DNA of 64,000 nucleotides. Source: Bacteriovoracia bacterium (GTDB lineage: Bacteria > Bdellovibrionota > UBA1018 > CAIPTA01). A program made the translations under genes and the position numbers. Under the pieces are notes generated by a model, which saw nothing but the letters and a program-made list of their open reading frames with translations, searched no databases and had not been told where the DNA came from. Shown here piece after piece: positions 9,699 through 18,975 of this stretch (position 1 is its first letter; every line of letters starts with the position of its first letter). The stretch covers positions 192,001 through 256,000 of the forward strand of contig JBFWVL010000002.1 of assembly GCA_050246755.1 (NCBI GenBank), given 5' to 3'.

Positions 9699-10556
9699 AT
9701 GAAATTGAAAATCATGTTCCTTTCCATGGCCTTCGGCGCTTCGGCCTTCGCCGCGCATACTCCGGAGGAAAGCAAAGCGCTTTTCGCGCTCTGGGGCAAA
9801 GTGGAGCAGCCCTTCGAGGCGGGAAAAACGCAGGCAATCGGGCTTTACGGCGGCGGCTGCCTCCTGGGGGCCCAGGCGCTGCCCATGGACGGGAAGAATT
9901 TCTCGGTGATGCGCCCTTCGCGGAAACGTTATTTCGGGCATCCGGATCTATTGAACTTCATCGAAAACCTAGCGGACGAAATGAAGGCAAAAAAAATGCC
10001 GCGCATTCTCGTGGGAGATTTGGGCCGGCCCCGCGGCGGGCCAATGATTTCCGGGCATGCGAGCCACCAGATCGGCCTCGACGTGGATATCTGGTTTCGC
10101 CTTTCGAAAAAAAAACCTAGCGCGCGCGAGCGGGAAAGCTGGAACTCAGGATCCCTAGTGGAAAAAAATCGCTACGTGAGGAGAGGCTGGACCAATCAGC
10201 AGCGCCTGCTCGTGGCGCTCGCCGCGGCCAAGCCCGAAGTGGAAAGAGTGTTCGTGAATCCGGGGATCAAGAAGGACCTCTGCCAAAAATTCGCCGATGC
10301 TCCCTGGCAGTATAAAGTAAGGGCCTGGTGGGGGCACGATGATCACCTGCATGTGAGATTATTTTGCCCCAAAGATAGCCCCAATTGCCGCAAGCAGGAC
10401 CCGCTCGATCCGAAGGTGAACCAGTGCGGCAGCGAGCTCGCCTGGTGGTTCTCGAAAGAAGCGGAAGAAGAATGGGCCGCGAAGAAAAAGCAGATCGCCG
10501 CCCGTGAATTTCCGGAGCTCCCTAAGGATTGCGCGCAAATGGTGGAAAAATTATGA
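9699..10556 (+). CDS. mepA: Penicillin-insensitive murein endopeptidase
   Basis: IGLYGGGCL, RYFGHP, GHASHQIGLDVDIW, WWGHDDHLHVRL. Confidence 0.93.
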   Translation: MKLKIMFLSMAFGASAFAAHTPEESKALFALWGKVEQPFEAGKTQAIGLYGGGCLLGAQALPMDGKNFSVMRPSRKRYFGHPDLLNFIENLADEMKAKKMPRILVGDLGRPRGGPMISGHASHQIGLDVDIWFRLSKKKPSARERESWNSGSLVEKNRYVRRGWTNQQRLLVALAAAKPEVERVFVNPGIKKDLCQKFADAPWQYKVRAWWGHDDHLHVRLFCPKDSPNCRKQDPLDPKVNQCGSELAWWFSKEAEEEWAAKKKQIAAREFPELPKDCAQMVEKL

Positions 10557-12118
10557 ACATGAGGCTCATTGGTTTCTTCCTGGATTTTTCCGGTCCGATC
10601 GCTTTGCTGGGACTGTTGCTTTGGCTGCGTTCCCTCAAAGATATCATCGAGTGGCCGAACTTTCGCGGCGAATGGCCGCTGGCGGCGCTCGCGCTCCTAA
10701 GCTCCGCGATCATTTTTCTTTCGGTGTCGGTAGACTTCAAGGTGCTCAGCGACGAAACCAATCTGCTCTCGGTGGCGAATATGCTTACGCTATTCGGCAA
10801 GGCTTCCAATACCGAACTCGTCACGCATTATTATCACCTTCCTCACGCGCTCAACTTCGCGATGCCCACGCGGCCGGTTCTTTTCCCCGTGCTGATCTCG
10901 CTCGTGCAGCACGCAGTGGGGGTGCACCATTGGGCGCCCTTCGTGGTGAATTTCGCGCTCACGTTCGTATTGTTTTGGCTAACTCTTCACTGGGCGCGGC
11001 GCATGCTTTCCGCGAGCCTGAGCCCCGTGCTGGTTTCCACGCTGGCCCTGCTGATGAGCCCGGTGCTGGCGATCGTGGCCACTTCGGCGGGCTATGATCT
11101 TTGCTCTCTGGTTTTTGCCTTTGCGCTCTTTCTCTTGCTGGGGCGCTATAATGAAAAGCGGGACGCGCGCACCCTCCAAGCTATTTTCTACGGCATGGTT
11201 TGTTTTGCTTCCGTGCGCTACGAATCCATCGCGGCTTTTCCTCTGTTGGTTTTGGGGCTGGTTTTGTTCGAGCGTTTGGCCTGGATCAAGAAGGTTTCGG
11301 CGCCCGTGCTGGGCTTCGTGGCGCTATTGCTGCTACCCCTCGTATTGCAGCGCTACCTCACGTGGGGAAACTTTGAAAATCCCCCCGGCGTTCCGGCTTT
11401 TTCGCTAAGCCATTTGTGGCATCATCTGCCGGTTTTCCTGCGTACGTTTTTTCTTGATCCTTCGGGACCGTATCCTATCCTGCTGCACTGGCTGGGGATG
11501 GGAGGCTTGCTGCTGAGCCTGCGTACGTTGCGAGAATACGGCTGGCTGCCGCTTTGCTACGGGCTTTTTCTCGTGTGCTTGCTGCTCGCGCACCACTTCG
11601 GCTTTGCCGATCACCCCACGCAAGCGCGGTTATTCCTCCCGCTCTCTTTTGCGCTCGGACTTTGCGGCCTCTACTGCCTTTCGCGCCTAGAGAAATGGAG
11701 CGATCCGCGGGCGATCCTGGCGATTTTTCTCCTTCTTTTCGTGCACCACCACCAATATGCGGTGAGCGATCCCCTGAGCACCCAGCTCACGATGACGCGG
11801 GAAATGCGGCATATCCGGGTATTTTTGGCCAAGGACGATCACCGCGACGATTTGATCGTCTATGACCGCCCTGGCCAGCTTTCCGCCCTAGGATTCAGCG
11901 CGGTTTCTTGGACTTATTTTAACGAGCACCGGGCCGAGCTATTGCTGGGATTGAAGAATCGCCTTTACCAGAAGGTGATCGCGATCGACCGCGTTCGCTA
12001 CGATACGCTGCCCGGAAAAGAATTCGTGTCGGGAGAGGGATATCGTTTGAATGCTTTGCGCGAGCACCAGCTAAGCCCCGACGAGCGTTTGCGGCTCTCG
12101 CAGATGGAATTGAATTAG
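10553..12118 (+). CDS. Polytopic membrane protein, probable GT-C fold glycosyltransferase
   Basis: Many TM helices; DE motif (LSDETN) after the early TMs; RP..FP, RYE and RLFLP motifs; ATGA overlap with mepA. Confidence 0.6.
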   Translation: MNMRLIGFFLDFSGPIALLGLLLWLRSLKDIIEWPNFRGEWPLAALALLSSAIIFLSVSVDFKVLSDETNLLSVANMLTLFGKASNTELVTHYYHLPHALNFAMPTRPVLFPVLISLVQHAVGVHHWAPFVVNFALTFVLFWLTLHWARRMLSASLSPVLVSTLALLMSPVLAIVATSAGYDLCSLVFAFALFLLLGRYNEKRDARTLQAIFYGMVCFASVRYESIAAFPLLVLGLVLFERLAWIKKVSAPVLGFVALLLLPLVLQRYLTWGNFENPPGVPAFSLSHLWHHLPVFLRTFFLDPSGPYPILLHWLGMGGLLLSLRTLREYGWLPLCYGLFLVCLLLAHHFGFADHPTQARLFLPLSFALGLCGLYCLSRLEKWSDPRAILAIFLLLFVHHHQYAVSDPLSTQLTMTREMRHIRVFLAKDDHRDDLIVYDRPGQLSALGFSAVSWTYFNEHRAELLLGLKNRLYQKVIAIDRVRYDTLPGKEFVSGEGYRLNALREHQLSPDERLRLSQMELN

Positions 12119-13131
12119 CGGCGCTTCTTTTCGTTTCTCTTCTTGCCGTGCTTGGCGGCCTTTTTTCCCTCGGAGGAAATTTGCGCCCGCAATTTTAGAA
12201 AGCTTTCATATTCCCCGGAATCGAGTTGCCCATCGGCGATGGCTTGTTTTACCGCGCAGCCGGGCTCGCTTTCGTGGCCGCAATTGGAAAAGCGGCAGCT
12301 GGCGGCGAGTTCTTCGATACGGCTGAAACGGGCGCCGAGTCCTTCGGTTTGGGAGGCGTCGAGCTGAATCTCGCGCAGGCCCGGAGTGTCGATCACGAGC
12401 GCGCCGTTAGGCATCACGATCATGCGCCGGGAGGTGGTGGTATGGCGGCCGCGGTCGTCGCCTTCGCGGATGGACTTTGTGGTTTGCTCTTCCCGCTCTA
12501 ATAGAGAATTCACGAGGGTGGATTTTCCCACGCCCGAGCTGCCGAGGAATACGTAGGTGAGGCCGCGCGTGAGCATCTTTTCGAGATCGGAAATCCCGGT
12601 GCCGCTCACCGAGCTGAGGGAGAGGCAGGGCACGGAATATTTCGCGGCAAGATCGCGCAGTATTTTTTCGGAGCCGGGAGGATCCAGGTCGGCCTTGGTG
12701 AGCAGGATGGCGGCCTTGGCGCCGGATTCATGGATGATCGTTAAGTAGCGATCGATGCGCTTGGGGTTGAAATCTCGATTGGCGGAGGTGACCACGAAGG
12801 CCATATCTACGTTCGCAACGAGTAACTGGATGGCCTCATCGGTGCCGGGAGCTTTTCTTTTGAGGAGGGTTTTGCGGGGCAGAACCGACTGGATGATTCC
12901 CTTCTGCTCGTTGCCCACGGATTTGAGAACTACCCAATCGCCGGCGATAGGACGCTCGGCCCGGTCGGTTTTTGGATGCAGGAGCTTGCCGGAGAGCTGG
13001 GCCTGGATGAAGCCTTTCTCGGTGACGACGGAGAAAAGAGTGCGCTGCTCTTCTACCACACGGCCGAGGAATTCACCCTCGTCAGTTTCGGCGGAAAAGA
13101 AGGCGGAATGTCCCCAGTCGGATAGATTCAT
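12115..13131 (-). CDS. rsgA: Ribosome small subunit-dependent GTPase
   Basis: Circularly permuted GTPase: TKAD, GSSGVGKST, GRHTTT, DTPG; C-terminal CRFSNCGH.EPGC. Confidence 0.95.
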   Translation of the reverse strand: MNLSDWGHSAFFSAETDEGEFLGRVVEEQRTLFSVVTEKGFIQAQLSGKLLHPKTDRAERPIAGDWVVLKSVGNEQKGIIQSVLPRKTLLKRKAPGTDEAIQLLVANVDMAFVVTSANRDFNPKRIDRYLTIIHESGAKAAILLTKADLDPPGSEKILRDLAAKYSVPCLSLSSVSGTGISDLEKMLTRGLTYVFLGSSGVGKSTLVNSLLEREEQTTKSIREGDDRGRHTTTSRRMIVMPNGALVIDTPGLREIQLDASQTEGLGARFSRIEELAASCRFSNCGHESEPGCAVKQAIADGQLDSGEYESFLKLRAQISSEGKKAAKHGKKRNEKKRR

Positions 13132-14442
13132 TTAGTTCCGGTTTAGTTCGTCGCGGATTTGCGGCATGGTTACCCAGCGGATCTCTTGCTTAGTATTTTC
13201 CAGCGAGTCCGAATAGTCCATCAAGATCTTGGTGGCTGCCAAAGATTGCGGGTGGATATCGTGGAAGAGAATGATCCCACGCTTGGAAAGCAGCATTTGT
13301 TTTTTCACCCGTGCGAACACGCTCTCGGCATTTTTGTCCTGCCAGTCGAGGGAATCCACGTTCCAGAAAACGTGGATCATGTTTTCATCGGCGATGCGCT
13401 GGCGTACGGCGAGGGAATTGCGGCCGGCACCGTAGGGAGTGCGGAAGAATTCGGGGCGTGAACCGTAGAGGCGGGTTTCGAGCGCGGTGGAATCCAAGAT
13501 CTCGTGGTCGAGCTTGTCTCCCGAAGCCTTGCTGAGGTCGGCGTGGGTAAAGGAATGGTTATTGAGCGACATTCCGGCCGAACGCGCGTAGGCCACGGCG
13601 TCTTTGTTTCCGCTCACGTTGCGGGCGAGCCAGAAAAAACTCACCTTATGGCCGTGGGCGCGTACGGTGTCCACCACTTGCTTGGTATAGGTGGGGTGGG
13701 GGCCGTCGTCGAAGGTGAGGGCCCAGGTATGAAGCGGGAAATTGGTGCCGATCATGTTTCCTTCCGGGCCGGTGCCTGGTCGGATCTTCGCCGATTTTCT
13801 TGCCACGCCGGCGTCGAAATCGAGTCCGGAAGAGGCCTGCGGCTCCGCGGGATCGGAGAAATCCATGTCACTGGTGATTTCGGCCATCTCGAGATCGAGG
13901 AGCGAGGGCACGAGCTGCAGCTTGAAGCCGGGCTTGCTCTCGGCTATCGGGAAGCCGAGCTTGGGCTGCAGGAAGGCAGAAAATTTTTCTTCTACCAGGC
14001 CCGCGAGGGAGGCTTCGTGGCCGGAAATATTTTCGAACAATACTTTCGCGGCGCTGCGGTCGGCATTGGGCAAAGCGGCTAGTTTAGCCTGCATCGCCTG
14101 GATCGTTTTCGCGGCCTGGGCCGGATTGCTCGCCTGGATCGTTTCGAGCTCTTCCCCGATGGCTTCGGCGTCGTTTTCTTTCAGCTCGCGGAGGGCCAGG
14201 AGCTGACGGTAGCTGTTTGAGCGACGGAGTGGATTAGCGTTCTCCCCGTTTTTAAGCATCTGGTCGAGCTCGCGGTCGAACTCCGCCATCGCTTTCTCTG
14301 CACGCTGGTGAGCCTGCACAAAGTGATCGATGCGCTGGGTGAGCGGCGTATCGGAGATGGCGGCCAGGGCCGGGGAGGCGATTAAAAATCCGAGAGCAAG
14401 AAACATGGACGGTACTCCTCTATGACAAGTAAAGTTATTCAT
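13132..14442 (-). CDS. Secreted polysaccharide/peptidoglycan deacetylase (NodB/CE4)
   Basis: TFDDGP, NHSFTH, FRTPYG, DSLDW, ILFHD; helical N-terminal extension; the true start may be the later MFLALG. Confidence 0.9.
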   Translation of the reverse strand: MNNFTCHRGVPSMFLALGFLIASPALAAISDTPLTQRIDHFVQAHQRAEKAMAEFDRELDQMLKNGENANPLRRSNSYRQLLALRELKENDAEAIGEELETIQASNPAQAAKTIQAMQAKLAALPNADRSAAKVLFENISGHEASLAGLVEEKFSAFLQPKLGFPIAESKPGFKLQLVPSLLDLEMAEITSDMDFSDPAEPQASSGLDFDAGVARKSAKIRPGTGPEGNMIGTNFPLHTWALTFDDGPHPTYTKQVVDTVRAHGHKVSFFWLARNVSGNKDAVAYARSAGMSLNNHSFTHADLSKASGDKLDHEILDSTALETRLYGSRPEFFRTPYGAGRNSLAVRQRIADENMIHVFWNVDSLDWQDKNAESVFARVKKQMLLSKRGIILFHDIHPQSLAATKILMDYSDSLENTKQEIRWVTMPQIRDELNRN

Positions 14443-15289
14443 CGAGAAACTTATTCATTTTCTCCAGGTAGGCGTCGAGGTCTACCTCTTCGCTGAACCC
14501 GGGATTTTTTTGTTCGATGATCCGGGAAAAACTTTGAATGCCGGTTTGGGCCTTGAAGCGGAGCTCGCCCTTTAGACGCTCGAAGAGCTGGTCGCCGCTG
14601 ATACCGCTCACGAGGCGGGAAATTTTATCGCCCGAATATTGGGCGCGCTTCACCGCTTCGCGGGCCTCGGCCTCGGCCAGGCGGATTTGTTTTTGCAGCC
14701 AAAGCAAACCCATGGGATCGAAGCGGTTTCCGCTTTCCTTATATTTTTTCGCGTAGAGGTAAATCTTGCCAGCGCGCTGAATCACCGAGATGGTTTCAGC
14801 TACGCCGATCAGGGTATTGGCCCAGGGTGGGGCCGCAGCGGGGTCCGGGTAGGCGCGGAGAAAAAGATCACGGGCGCGGGCGAATTCGCGCTTGTCGGCG
14901 TCGGGAGCTTGCACGAAGATCCGCTTCACGAGGCATTTCGGATCCACCCCGCTGAAACTCGCGAGCTTTTCGTTAGAACATTTGGGGAATAGGGCTTGAA
15001 CTTCGGCCGAGCCTGTTGGCTGCTCTCCGCTCACGCGTGCGGCGAAAGCAAGGGGCTCGATGCCGGATTGGCCGAGGTAGGCCTGGGCCAGAATGAATCG
15101 TAGTTTTTGGTTCTGGGGAACGGTGCCGTTGCGATTCTCGATCAGCCAAACCGCTTTTTCGTACTGGTGCTCGTTGAGCAGAGCCACCGCTTCGCTTTCG
15201 TTCTCGGCGGTATTGTAGCGATCGGCCGTTTCGGGCGCGCAGCCCTGGAGCACGAGAAGTCCGGCGAAGACGGAGAGTATAGTTTTCAT
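14435..15289 (-). CDS. Hypothetical helical (TPR-like) lipoprotein
   Basis: MKTIL...LVLQGC lipobox; overlaps both neighbouring genes. Confidence 0.7.
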   Translation of the reverse strand: MKTILSVFAGLLVLQGCAPETADRYNTAENESEAVALLNEHQYEKAVWLIENRNGTVPQNQKLRFILAQAYLGQSGIEPLAFAARVSGEQPTGSAEVQALFPKCSNEKLASFSGVDPKCLVKRIFVQAPDADKREFARARDLFLRAYPDPAAAPPWANTLIGVAETISVIQRAGKIYLYAKKYKESGNRFDPMGLLWLQKQIRLAEAEAREAVKRAQYSGDKISRLVSGISGDQLFERLKGELRFKAQTGIQSFSRIIEQKNPGFSEEVDLDAYLEKMNKFLDE

Positions 15290-16335
15290 AGCGCTACTCC
15301 GATGGAAGCTTGCCAAAGCCGTGTTTTTTCACGGTTCGGGGTAAGGAAGTTCTGGATGCCGTAGGTGGAAGCGTTGAGGAGAACGGGGCCGATTTGCAAA
15401 TCCACGCCGCCCCCGAGGCTGCCGCCGAAAAGGCCGCCATAGACGGCGACGTTGGGCAGAGAGCTTTCGGTGAGGATGCGCATGATTCCGCCCACGCCGC
15501 TCACCGAGCCGAAGCCGGGAAAGATTTGCAGCTTCTGCTGGTAGTCCCAGGTGATGGGCAGGGAGAAAAAAGGATAAGGGTCCTGGCCGAGCACGCTGAT
15601 GATGCCGAGGCGGGTGCGGCTCGAGAGCCAGGTGTCCACCTCCTTGAGCCACTCGTTCTGTAGGCGCCAGCGCCAGGCGGCGAAGCTGCGGTCTTCATTG
15701 GGGCGGCTCACGGCCACCGGGGCAGTGGAATGAAAAAATACCCCGCGCACGAGCGCATCGGTGGCGATCGAAAAGTCTTCTTCGAGGAGGGAATGGTCGA
15801 GCAAGTTCACCTGGGCGCCCGCAAGCAGGAGGGTGCCCGAGCGCACGGGGATGGCGTCGATGAGCTCGGCGCCCTGGGCATAGAGGCGTTTTTCGGTGCC
15901 GAGGCCGGCGAGCCCTTTTACTTCGAGGAAAGTCTGGCGATCGGCATCGGGAGTGGAGCGAAAGCCGAAGGAGGTGATGCCCGCGCGGTTCAGGTAGGCC
16001 TGGATCTCGGGCGAGATCGGATTGCTCACTTCACCGCCGGCGAGGGCTTCGGCCTGAGTTCCGATCACGGCCTGGCCGAGGAGGCCGCCGCTAAAGTAGT
16101 CATGTTTATAGGCGTAGTTTGCGTGCAGGTAGGAAAAAAGTAGGTCCGGTTTGCCGTAGCGGTCGTAGAGGGTCTGGTTGATCGCGCCGAGATCGCCGCG
16201 CTTGTCTTGCACGTCGTTCACGGTATTCCAGAAATCTCGGCTCTGGGCGTAGGAAACGCCGATTTGTAAATCCGTGGCGTGGGCCGTGCCGGAAAATACG
16301 AAGGCTAAGCTGAGAAATAGCAGTGGAGCGCGCAT
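15286..16335 (-). CDS. Putative outer-membrane beta-barrel protein
   Basis: Signal peptide (AHA), amphipathic strands, C-terminal WQASIGVAL. Confidence 0.6.
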   Translation of the reverse strand: MRAPLLFLSLAFVFSGTAHATDLQIGVSYAQSRDFWNTVNDVQDKRGDLGAINQTLYDRYGKPDLLFSYLHANYAYKHDYFSGGLLGQAVIGTQAEALAGGEVSNPISPEIQAYLNRAGITSFGFRSTPDADRQTFLEVKGLAGLGTEKRLYAQGAELIDAIPVRSGTLLLAGAQVNLLDHSLLEEDFSIATDALVRGVFFHSTAPVAVSRPNEDRSFAAWRWRLQNEWLKEVDTWLSSRTRLGIISVLGQDPYPFFSLPITWDYQQKLQIFPGFGSVSGVGGIMRILTESSLPNVAVYGGLFGGSLGGGVDLQIGPVLLNASTYGIQNFLTPNREKTRLWQASIGVAL

Positions 16336-16426
16336 TGTTGAGTGAAGTAGTACAACATAGTGAGCGCTTATTAAAGTAAATTAGTCAGATATTGAAGATT
16401 TGTTTTAGCGTGGCGGAAGAAGGCAC

Positions 16427-16463
16427 AAAAAAGCCCATAAATGATTAAATTTACGGGCTTTTT
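16427..16463 (-). terminator. Intrinsic terminator
   Basis: AAAAAAGCCC...GGGCTTTTT hairpin just downstream of the small lipoprotein gene. Confidence 0.75.
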
Positions 16464-16469
16464 AAGATT

Positions 16470-16694
16470 CTATTGAACGGTCGTAGTATTGGTTACCGTG
16501 ACGGTAGAGGTAGCCGTGGCGGTGACCGTACCTCCAGATCCCGCCGCCCCAGCGCAAGGCTGGCCGGCTTGCATTAGCTTTAGGCAGGCTACGTCGGCAT
16601 TAGAGAGGCGTTTGTCTTGCTGGTCGCCGCAACCCACCACGAGGATGGTAGCGATCGCGAGAGTGACTAGGAGCGAGCATTTAGTCCAATTCAT
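16470..16694 (-). CDS. Small lipoprotein with Thr/Val-rich tail
   Basis: Strong SD GAGGAGG before MNWTK; lipobox VVGC; Cys pair; tail TVTATATSTVTVTNTTTVQ. Confidence 0.75.
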   Translation of the reverse strand: MNWTKCSLLVTLAIATILVVGCGDQQDKRLSNADVACLKLMQAGQPCAGAAGSGGTVTATATSTVTVTNTTTVQ

Positions 16695-16838
16695 ACATTC
16701 CTCCTCTGCACGAGGCTTCAAGGCCCGGCAGGTTTGAGAGCCGAGTGGCCCTCTTATTTCTTTAACGGCCAAATCGACGAAAATCTGCAACGTTACCTAA
16801 GTAGGGTAAGGTCTATCTCTTTGAAAATAAAGGATAAT

Positions 16839-17855
16839 TTAGGGCGCTTTTTTTGAGAAAAAAGGCATAACCACACGGTAGCGACGCGTAACGATCTCAA
16901 AGATCGAGGGATCTTCGGCTTGGGTGCGAATGGCTTCGTTAATTACGGTGCCGAGCATATCCGTCTTCTGATTTGGGGCCACCAGAGTGGGGCTGGAAGC
17001 GGCAACCGATGGAACTTCGGCGGCCAACTCGGGCTCGGGCACAGATATCGTTGGAGCGGCCGCAACGGGCGAAGCTTTGGGGGCTTCGGTGGCCACGGGC
17101 ATATGGATATGGGCGGCGGAATCGGAAGAAGCGGCGGCCATGAATCCCGAGAAAGTGGAAATAGCTTTAGCCACTAGGCCGGTGCGTACGGTCTCGGGAA
17201 CTTTATGGATATTGGCTTCCACTTTGGCGCGGAACTGCGCATTGGGAATCCGGGAAGCAAAGCTCTCCACGCGGGAGAGTAATTTATCCATCAGCTGAGG
17301 ATCGGTGCGGCTGATTTTTTTCTCGGAAACGGCGCTCATCTCTTTGAGAAAATCTTCGCGCTTCATTCCGCTTTGGCGCTCGAACTCGTCGGCGATCTTG
17401 CCGGCCTCTCCTTGGCGCAAAAAACTCGGGTCCAGGCGGCGAAAAGAAGTATTGGTCTTGGCGGGCGTTTTGCTTACGCCGCTCGCGGCCGAAGCGCCGT
17501 TTCCGAACGATACCATCGAGACCTCGTTGAGCGTATTCTGGTCTCCGAGCTTATCGAGGTTCTCGGAATTCCGGTATTTGCCGTACGCGGTCATTCCGTT
17601 CGAAACGGCGCTCGGCATTTCGCTGTTCGCAAAGTGCATCAGTGCTTTCATCGCGGAGGTGGTGGAGCTTTGCATGCTCTGGTCGGAGGCCTTGCGGTTG
17701 AGGTCTTCGGCCACGGCCTGGGCATTTTTTTGGGTGATCGGTGGGGTGGAAGGTGTGCCGGCGGCGAAAGCGGGAGCGGGGGAAAAGGCGAAAGTGAGCG
17801 TGAGCAACCAATGGTTGGCGCTGCGCAAATTTTGTTGGCGAAAAAAGTCCCACAT
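16839..17855 (-). CDS. Secreted hypothetical protein, member of the SIFExV...Y paralog family
   Basis: Signal-like N-terminus; RLDPSFLRQGEAGKIADEFERQSGMKREDF resembles 52627-53745; C-terminal SIFEIVTRRY. Confidence 0.8.
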   Translation of the reverse strand: MWDFFRQQNLRSANHWLLTLTFAFSPAPAFAAGTPSTPPITQKNAQAVAEDLNRKASDQSMQSSTTSAMKALMHFANSEMPSAVSNGMTAYGKYRNSENLDKLGDQNTLNEVSMVSFGNGASAASGVSKTPAKTNTSFRRLDPSFLRQGEAGKIADEFERQSGMKREDFLKEMSAVSEKKISRTDPQLMDKLLSRVESFASRIPNAQFRAKVEANIHKVPETVRTGLVAKAISTFSGFMAAASSDSAAHIHMPVATEAPKASPVAAAPTISVPEPELAAEVPSVAASSPTLVAPNQKTDMLGTVINEAIRTQAEDPSIFEIVTRRYRVVMPFFSKKAP

Positions 17856-17870
17856 ACCCGGAAAAACTGC

Positions 17871-17886
17871 TGCAAAATCAAGGCCG
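17871..17886 (-). promoter_or_regulatory. Candidate sigma54 promoter
   Basis: Minus strand CGGCCTTGATTTTGCA, GG-N10-GC spacing with TTGCA. Confidence 0.45.
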
Positions 17887-18126
17887 CGCCCCTAAGTGGC
17901 CGAATCCTTAAGAAGCGTTAAGAGGAGATGTCGACGATCTTTTGGTCAGCGTCGAGATTATAGGCGAAAAATTCCCTGTCTCCCGGAGGATACATAAATA
18001 AAAAATAATTATACGTAGTTCCGCCAATTTTTCTGGCGGGATGGCCCATTTTCCGGGAGATTTGACGATGGGCGCCACGGCTTTTTTCGGTGGACGCTGG
18101 GAAGCGATGCGAATAACCTAGTTCCC

Positions 18127-18975
18127 ATGCTCGCCAAGTCCCTAGCCGTTTACCAAGATTTCCTCCGCCAACATTCTTTGGCCACGCCCAAATGGCATGT
18201 GGTACTCGGCTCCGGTTTCGGCAATGCGCTGGGAAGTTTTTCCTGGGAGCTGGTAGGCGAATTGCCATTTTCGGCGCTGCCCGCTTTGCATAAATCCACG
18301 GTGCAGGATCACGCCGGCGCCTACCGGTTCTACCGCCGGGGCAACGCAGTGGTTTCCTTTCAGATGGGGCGCTTGCATGGCTACGAGGGGCTCGCGCCCG
18401 CCGCCGTGGCGCTCACGGTGATGATCCCGCGCATGGCGGGCGTGGAAGAATTTCTGCTCACGAATGCTTCCGGCGGGCTGACCACCGCTTTTCAGCCGGG
18501 CGACGTGATGATGATCCGCGATCACGTTAATTTCACGGGCCAGAATCCTCTCACCGGGCCGAACCCCCTGCACCTGAACGGGGCCGAGCTTGGGCCTCGC
18601 TTTCCCGACCTCTGCGATGCCTACGATGCGGGCTGGCGGGAACGCCTCACACGTAGCTGCCGCGCGCGCGGCCTCAAGGTGCACGAGGGCATCTACCTCG
18701 GCGTGGCCGGTCCCAGCTTCGAAACGCCAGCGGAAGTGCGCCTGTTCGGTCTTTGGGGCATGCACGCGGTGGGGATGTCTACGGTTTGGGAGGCGATCGC
18801 GCTGCGCCATTCGGGCGCGAAGCTCGCCGGACTTTCGCTCATCAGCAATCTGGGCGCCGGTCTCGGCACCCAGAAGCTCGACCACGATACCATCCTAAAA
18901 ACCTCCCGCGCTTCGGCGGCTAGCATCATCGGGGCGCTCGACGCGGCCGCTACCGAAGCGTTTGGTTCCGCGTGA
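18127..18975 (+). CDS. Purine-nucleoside phosphorylase (trimeric type)
   Basis: VLGSG, GRLHGYEG, TNASGG, DHVN, GPRFPD, GPSFETPAE, VGMSTV.E. Confidence 0.93.
   Translation: MLAKSLAVYQDFLRQHSLATPKWHVVLGSGFGNALGSFSWELVGELPFSALPALHKSTVQDHAGAYRFYRRGNAVVSFQMGRLHGYEGLAPAAVALTVMIPRMAGVEEFLLTNASGGLTTAFQPGDVMMIRDHVNFTGQNPLTGPNPLHLNGAELGPRFPDLCDAYDAGWRERLTRSCRARGLKVHEGIYLGVAGPSFETPAEVRLFGLWGMHAVGMSTVWEAIALRHSGAKLAGLSLISNLGAGLGTQKLDHDTILKTSRASAASIIGALDAAATEAFGSA

Noticed and set aside
17918-18268. Minus-strand ORF overlapping the PNP start
   Set aside because: Its 5' half is antisense to PNP. The last 40 or so codons look protein-like and may be a gene remnant, but support is insufficient.
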